Shown in pieces: positions 28,320 to 33,034 of a DNA stretch of 33,034 nt. Made by a program: the position numbers and the translations under genes. The DNA lies in the IMG/VR virus record IMGVR_UViG_3300017978_000347, positions 1 through 33,034 of that record; one strand, 5' to 3'. The notes beneath the pieces are model-generated. The model did no database searches. It had not been told where the DNA came from and saw only the letters and a list, made by a program, of their open reading frames with translations. This stretch comes from a virus (lineage: Duplodnaviria > Caudoviricetes). Positions within the stretch are counted from its first letter, which is position 1. Every line of letters starts with the position of its first letter.

Positions 28320-28597
28320 TGTGGGAAGCCGTTACACCACAAGGCAGAATCTATTGGCTGGATGACATTGAGAATCCATTGATAGGCTCGCCGGTGGTTG
28401 CCCTACGTCTTAGGGAGGCCGCAGAAATTGGAATACAAGCGTTCCCAACTGCGTTGACCATAAACATAGATTTAAAAAATCCTGGTGAAGTCAGGTTTGC
28501 CCTAGAAACTTTGTATGGGCCAGATGTCACATTTAGTGAAAACGCCCCGGAGGCCACACAATTTTTTGAGCCGGTTCAGCCCGGTTACGTCTATTAG
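28316..28597 (+). CDS. Small acidic protein, candidate immunity protein for the MuF metallopeptidase
   Basis: ATGA-coupled to the MuF fusion and inserted before the scaffold gene; function is inference. Confidence 0.55.
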   Translation: MMWEAVTPQGRIYWLDDIENPLIGSPVVALRLREAAEIGIQAFPTALTINIDLKNPGEVRFALETLYGPDVTFSENAPEATQFFEPVQPGYVY

Positions 28598-28664
28598 ATT
28601 TCCAGCAATTCCGCTGGTTAGGCTCGCAATGAGCAAACGCTAATCCGAAATGGAGAAGTTACCC

Positions 28665-29234
28665 ATGAATGAAACAACCGAAAACGCAGAGGTTACTGAA
28701 ACCGCTGCAACCGAAACAGAGACAGTTGAAACAACTGACCTATCTGCAGAGGTAGAGAAGTGGAAATCACTCTCACGCAAAAATGAACAACAGGCCAAAG
28801 CAAATGCCCAGGCTGCTAAAGAGCTAGAGGAATTCAAAAAATCCCAGCTGAGCGATACTGAGAAACTGATTGAGTCTGCCAAGGCAGAAACTACAAGACA
28901 GCTAAAAACAGAATTCGCAACCAAGCTGGTTGATTCTGAATTAAAGGCGGCACTAAATAGCAGGGTCCTGGATGGAGCTGCACTGTTGGAGTTTAACAAA
29001 AACTCATTTATTACAGATGAGGGTGATGTTGACACCGAGGCTATTCAGTCATGGGTTGAAGCTCACTCAAAATCCGCCACAGCGCCTGCTCCAGATTTGG
29101 GGCAAGGTTCAAGAGGCACAAACCCAAGCAAGTCTCTAGTTACCTCTAGGGATGAGCTGTCTCAAATGACACCAACTGAAATCCTGGCAGCCCGCAAAGA
29201 GGGCCGCTTGGACAAACTAATGGGCAAACTATAA
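28665..29234 (+). CDS. Capsid scaffolding protein
   Basis: Acidic N-terminus, KWK.LSRK.E coiled coil and PDLGQG.RG motif; precedes the capsid gene; GGAG at 28652 favours ATG 28665. Confidence 0.85.
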   Translation: MNETTENAEVTETAATETETVETTDLSAEVEKWKSLSRKNEQQAKANAQAAKELEEFKKSQLSDTEKLIESAKAETTRQLKTEFATKLVDSELKAALNSRVLDGAALLEFNKNSFITDEGDVDTEAIQSWVEAHSKSATAPAPDLGQGSRGTNPSKSLVTSRDELSQMTPTEILAARKEGRLDKLMGKL

Positions 29235-29255
29235 CCCAAGAAAGGCCACATAAAA

Positions 29256-30068
29256 ATGGCAATTGACAATTTCATCCCAGAAATCTGGGCGGCTGGAGTA
29301 ACCCAGTCATTCATCGCAAACCAGGTTGTTATCCCAACTCTTAACACCCAGTTCACTGGAAACGTTACAAGAGGCAACCAGGTCCACATCATTAACGCAA
29401 CAACCCCAACCATTGTTGACTACGCAGCCGAGGGTCGCACCATCACTGCCGAAGCTCTAAATGACACCGAAGTGCTACTAGCTATTGACCAGGAAAAGGC
29501 GTTTTCTGTAAACGTTGACGATGTTGACAAGGTTCAGGCCTCATCTGCATTTGGTCCTTGGGTAGATGCAGCCGGTAAGGCACTTGCTGAGGATGCTGAG
29601 ACTTATGTCCTAGCTCAGATGATGTCCGGTGCTTCATCCGCTCAGGCTTCAACCCCTGTTGCTGTTGACACCCCTGCAGAGGCTCGTGCCGCTGTGCGTG
29701 CAATCCGCAAGGCAATGTCAAAGAGCAAGGTTCCAGCTGGAGACCGATTCCTAGCTGTAAACCCAGACTTTGCTGACCTACTAATTGATGGTCTATCAGA
29801 TGCAGCTGTTGCAGGCGGCTCTGAGGAACTACGCAACGGCCAGATTCTACGTCTATACGGCTTCACTGTTATTGAGACTCCACTAATTGCAGGAACTACC
29901 CCAACAGCTTTGGGTTACCACAATGCAATGGTTGCTTACGCAAACCAGGTGAACTCTCTTGAGGCACTACGCAACCCAACCAAGTTTGCTGACATTGTGC
30001 GTGGACTAAACGTCTACGGCGCAAAGGTGCTCAAGTCATCTGCAGTTGTAAAGTATGTATCAGCCTAA
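29256..30068 (+). CDS. Major capsid protein (HK97 fold)
   Basis: NFIPEIW, L.IDQ.K.F..NVDD.D..Q, VP..DR and D.VRGL.VYG.KV motifs. Confidence 0.93.
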   Translation: MAIDNFIPEIWAAGVTQSFIANQVVIPTLNTQFTGNVTRGNQVHIINATTPTIVDYAAEGRTITAEALNDTEVLLAIDQEKAFSVNVDDVDKVQASSAFGPWVDAAGKALAEDAETYVLAQMMSGASSAQASTPVAVDTPAEARAAVRAIRKAMSKSKVPAGDRFLAVNPDFADLLIDGLSDAAVAGGSEELRNGQILRLYGFTVIETPLIAGTTPTALGYHNAMVAYANQVNSLEALRNPTKFADIVRGLNVYGAKVLKSSAVVKYVSA

Positions 30069-30079
30069 ATAGCTGAATT

Positions 30080-30111
30080 GCTAGGGGTCCGGGCTTGCCT
30101 GGGCCCCTAGC
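30080..30111 (+). terminator. 14-bp GC-rich hairpin after the capsid gene (terminator or mRNA stabiliser)
   Basis: GCTAGGGGTCCGGG-CTTG-CCTGGGCCCCTAGC, no U-tract. Confidence 0.65.
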
Positions 30112-30145
30112 TCCACGCCGCACAAAAAATCTCTGAGAGGAAACA

Positions 30146-30748
30146 ATGGCACTAGCAACAATTGCTGATGTAGAGGCACGCTTAGGCAGACCACTCACAG
30201 CCTCAGAATTGCCAAAGGCTCAGGCGTGGCTGGATGATGCATCCGCACTATTCACGCAAAGAGCAGTGCAGCAATTCATTCCAGGTGAATCTAAGGTGAG
30301 GCTATTCCCCAGGGATGGCATTGTCAGACTGGTGCAGAGGCCAGTCATTGAAGTAGTGTCAGTAAAAGACCTAGACGGCATTGAAATTGATTACACGTAT
30401 GACGGATTTCAATCACTCTATGACCTAGGCATTTTTAATCCGGTAATCGTAGAGTATGAGCATGGCTCAGATGATGTCCCCGCAGACGTTGTGGCCTGCG
30501 TAGCGGGCATGGTAGTCCGGACCCTACAGATTGCCCCAGATGCGGCCTCAGGGGTCACACAGCAGTCTGTAGGCCCATTCTCGCAGTCCTACGCTACTTG
30601 GGCGGTTGGTGGACAGGTTATGATGTCACCCGCTGAGGAAAAGGTTGCTAATGCATACCGGGAAAAGACTTTTAGAAGCGCAAGCACGTTAGGAAATGGA
30701 AACTATGGAATTAATTACCCAAATCCAACGAAATTCCAGCGGGACTGA
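30146..30748 (+). CDS. Head-to-tail adaptor
   Basis: LAT.ADV.ARLGR.L...E...A...LDDAS and V..MV.R....P...G..Q.SVGPFS motifs. Confidence 0.88.
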   Translation: MALATIADVEARLGRPLTASELPKAQAWLDDASALFTQRAVQQFIPGESKVRLFPRDGIVRLVQRPVIEVVSVKDLDGIEIDYTYDGFQSLYDLGIFNPVIVEYEHGSDDVPADVVACVAGMVVRTLQIAPDAASGVTQQSVGPFSQSYATWAVGGQVMMSPAEEKVANAYREKTFRSASTLGNGNYGINYPNPTKFQRD

Positions 30749-31028
30749 TTCACATGGCCTGCCTGTATGGGTAGAGACTCGCATCTCTATCGGTGCAATT
30801 GTGGCAGCCAGGTCCTCAAGCTTATTGACTGAGGCAGATGCTGTCACAATTACTCAGGGCCTAACGCTTTACTTACCATCAAACACCCAAATCAATGATG
30901 GAGACAGATTTGAAGTCCGGGGCAAAACTTACGTAATTGATGGTGAAGCATTTGATTGGCGGGATGGTCTAGGTAACTGGAATCCCGGCACTGTAGTCAA
31001 CCTCACCAGGGAGCAAAATGGCCAGTAA
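30705..31028 (+). CDS. Head-to-tail stopper
   Basis: D.HG.P, LYLP and D.F.VRG..Y..DG...W motifs; start 30696 or 30705. Confidence 0.82.
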   Translation: MELITQIQRNSSGTDSHGLPVWVETRISIGAIVAARSSSLLTEADAVTITQGLTLYLPSNTQINDGDRFEVRGKTYVIDGEAFDWRDGLGNWNPGTVVNLTREQNGQ

Positions 31029-31317
31029 GATTCCAGGCGGCGGCGGTGAGGTAAAACTCAACTATAAGGGCATGGGTGAATTACTCAAGTCAGAGGCAAT
31101 CCGCTCAATGTTGCTGGAGCGTATGGCGAGAGTCCAATCCGCACTGCCAGGCTCTACACTAGAGAGCAGGAATAGGCGGTCTCGTGTGGTAGCCATTGTA
31201 AAACGTGGCTCTGATTACGAGGAAGCAAACACCGGAGCTCTATCCAGAGCATTAGATTTAGCCGGAGGTCAGAGAGGCACAAATGTTGTCCTCAAGAAAA
31301 CCAGTAGGAGGTCCTAA
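31018..31317 (+). CDS. Neck/tail completion protein
   Basis: G..ELLKS and EA.TG.L.RAL motifs; position between stopper and tail terminator. Confidence 0.7.
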   Translation: MASKIPGGGGEVKLNYKGMGELLKSEAIRSMLLERMARVQSALPGSTLESRNRRSRVVAIVKRGSDYEEANTGALSRALDLAGGQRGTNVVLKKTSRRS

Positions 31318-31712
31318 TGGCTGATGCAGTTATCTTTAGTGACATCATGGCCCATCTGGTTACAAGAATAAAAGAGGCCCTAGTGGCCCAAGAATTCACA
31401 AGCACAAGAGTGAGCGTGCTTGCTGATGAAAGCCCATCTCAGGTCATTCTGAGACGTGACGGGGGCACTCGTAAGAGTAAAACTGTTATGACCAGCGTTG
31501 TAGGAGTAAACATCTACGCCGCTAATTACTCAGATGCTGAGACATTGGCAAACATGGTAGAGGCTATCTTTGATGACCTTGCCGATGGTGAGCCAATCAC
31601 ACTGACATCTGTTCAGGCATCCATTCAGGATGTGTCTGATTTAAAGTCACAGCGCAGGTTTATGCGCTGGGCTGTTGACCACCGGGGTGAAAACCTCACA
31701 ATCCCTAATTAG
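31317..31712 (+). CDS. Tail terminator protein
   Basis: V.LRRDGG and V.IYA....A..LA motifs; precedes the tail tube gene. Confidence 0.8.
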   Translation: MADAVIFSDIMAHLVTRIKEALVAQEFTSTRVSVLADESPSQVILRRDGGTRKSKTVMTSVVGVNIYAANYSDAETLANMVEAIFDDLADGEPITLTSVQASIQDVSDLKSQRRFMRWAVDHRGENLTIPN

Positions 31713-31720
31713 GAGTAAAA

Positions 31721-32251
31721 ATGGCACTAGATAGCGATAACGTAAGAGTTGCGGTCACTGGTGCAGTCTATGTTGGTCCAACCAGCGCAACTGCCCCATC
31801 ATCCTCAGCATCTACACTGACCGGATTCACTGACCTTGGTTATGTATCCGCAGACGGCATCACCGAAACAATTGACAAAACCACATCACAGATTAGAGCT
31901 TGGCAAAATGGAGCTCTAGTGCGTGAAGTTGTATCTGAGGGAACTTACTCAGTAACCCTTACATTCATTGAGACCAACCAGGATGTGCTAGAGCTTTACT
32001 TTGGCTCTGCAGTAACTGATGGTGAACTTGATGGAGACCCAACCAACTCCGGAGGCCGTAAGAGCTTTGTCATGGATGTTGTTGACGGCTCCATTGTTGA
32101 GAGAACTTACATCCCAGCTGGAGAAATCACAGCTGTTGGTGAGCGCACCTTGGCATCTGGTGAAGCTATTGGTTACAACGTAACCATCACAGCTTACGCT
32201 GACACTTCAAACGTAACATTTAAGAAGTTCTTTAGCGAACTAGAGGCTTAA
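31721..32251 (+). CDS. Major tail (tube) protein
   Basis: V.VA.TGA.Y..P, LGY.S.DG, I.AWQ, F.ETN and Y.VT.TAY motifs. Confidence 0.9.
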   Translation: MALDSDNVRVAVTGAVYVGPTSATAPSSSASTLTGFTDLGYVSADGITETIDKTTSQIRAWQNGALVREVVSEGTYSVTLTFIETNQDVLELYFGSAVTDGELDGDPTNSGGRKSFVMDVVDGSIVERTYIPAGEITAVGERTLASGEAIGYNVTITAYADTSNVTFKKFFSELEA

Positions 32252-32257
32252 TAAGCA

Positions 32258-32338
32258 ACCCTAGCAGTTTGATTGCGGCGGCTGCTAGGGTCTAAACTTA
32301 GGTAGGGGGAGATTCCGGTCTCCCCCTGCCAGCCGCAA
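32258..32338 (+). promoter_or_regulatory. Two-hairpin structured RNA with potential pseudoknot between tail tube and chaperone genes
   Basis: Stems 32258-32291 and 32301-32330; loop TTGCGGC is complementary to GCCGCAA at 32332-32338. Confidence 0.6.
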
Positions 32339-32359
32339 ACTAGAGAAAAGAGTAGCCGC

Positions 32360-32641
32360 ATGAGCGTTATCAAGATTGAATCAAGAAACAAAAAGCCAGA
32401 CCTAAAAATTAACTACTTAGGTAAGGATTACATTTTGCCGGGCAACATCTCAGCTGCATTGCTTGAAAAGCTAATCAGCGTTAAGGATGAGGGCGGCGAG
32501 GAGGATTTTCTAAGGGCATTTTTGTCTGAGGTAATTCCATCTGATTTCAAAAAAGTTTTAGCTCAGGATGACATTGCTCAGCTGGTCCCAATCTGGATGG
32601 AGCACATCCAAGGCCCAAAAGAGCCCAACTCCAAGAGCTAA
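32360..32641 (+). CDS. Tail assembly chaperone (gpG-like)
   Basis: Lies between tail tube and tape measure genes; ends just after a slippery site. Confidence 0.82.
   Translation: MSVIKIESRNKKPDLKINYLGKDYILPGNISAALLEKLISVKDEGGEEDFLRAFLSEVIPSDFKKVLAQDDIAQLVPIWMEHIQGPKEPNSKS
32614..32620 (+). other. Programmed -1 frameshift heptamer C CCA AAA
   Basis: X XXY YYZ in the correct phase; the -1 frame is open from 32620 into ORF 32704..33003. Confidence 0.85.
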
Positions 32642-33003
32642 TAAACAGCCATGAGGCTGAGCTAGTTTATGACCTAAGAAAACTAGGCATAGACCCTAGC
32701 AATGTGGAATTGGATGAGTTGCTCCTAATAGTGGAGATGCTCATCAAAGACCCGCAAAGCTGGACCGGTTCAGCGCTTATGAAATGGAAACACCCCATCT
32801 CGTATGAGTGGGCAGTCTTAGCCGCAACCTATGACTTACAGGCCCAGGTGCACTCTGGTAAGAGAAAACCAAAGCCATTCCCAAGGCCCTGGCCAGACCC
32901 TAACGTGAAAACAAAGGGCAGTGCCAGAAAAGATGCTAGGGAAATCCTCAAGCGTGCTAAAGATGGAGATTTGAATTGGCAGAACAAGCATACGCCTATG
33001 TAA
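32620..33003 (+). CDS. Tail assembly chaperone frameshift extension (gpT part of gpGT)
   Basis: RAQLQELINSHEAELVYDLRKLGIDP...KPKPFPRPW; no RBS at the ORF-track start 32704. Confidence 0.8.
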   Translation, partial: RAQLQELINSHEAELVYDLRKLGIDPSNVELDELLLIVEMLIKDPQSWTGSALMKWKHPISYEWAVLAATYDLQAQVHSGKRKPKPFPRPWPDPNVKTKGSARKDAREILKRAKDGDLNWQNKHTPM

Positions 33004-33034
33004 CACTCATACCAGTTGCTAAGGGTTTCCAGGA
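32980..33034. repeat. 55-bp direct terminal repeat, copy 2
   Basis: Identical to 1-55. Confidence 0.97.

Noticed and set aside
32980-33034. 55-bp terminal repeat as a biological DTR or att site
   Set aside because: It falls inside coding sequence and its length equals a common assembler k-mer, so it is best explained as circular-contig overlap

Overview
The window is a complete, circularly permuted genome of a small tailed phage (siphovirus type) of Actinobacteria. It has about 32,979 unique bp; the first 55 nt repeat exactly at 32980-33034, and the tape-measure gene reads across that junction. A WhiB gene, TAnnnT/leaderless promoters and actinophage-type structural proteins indicate an actinobacterial host. 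The moderate GC (judged by eye) suggests low-GC freshwater Actinobacteria such as Microbacteriaceae, which is inference. Gene order: tape measure, Dit, hub, tail fibres and a paralog trio; M23 endolysin with holin-like genes; whiB (the only minus-strand gene); YqaJ exonuclease/SSAP; replication initiator with an internal iteron origin, helicase-loader-like protein, SSB and RusA; an array of small genes; metallophosphoesterase and HNH; a probable cos region; Zn-finger prim-pol; TerS, TerL, portal, MuF-like head protein fused to an HEXXH metallopeptidase plus a small coupled gene; scaffold, capsid, neck, tail tube and tail chaperones with a -1 frameshift. I saw no integrase, repressor, replicative polymerase, helicase or tRNA. 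Most notable candidates: (1) a MuF-zincin toxin/immunity-like pair; (2) PafBC/RecA-NDp-like promoters in front of the recombination exonuclease and SSB; (3) a modular tail tip, with two fibres sharing one C-terminal domain followed by three paralogous proteins; (4) a stand-alone Zn-finger prim-pol beside the packaging site; (5) structured RNA elements at morphogenesis gene leaders; (6) an array of six small proteins sharing a helical motif; (7) apparent avoidance of GATC/TCGA/CGCG. All assignments come from motif recognition by eye; no database searches were run.
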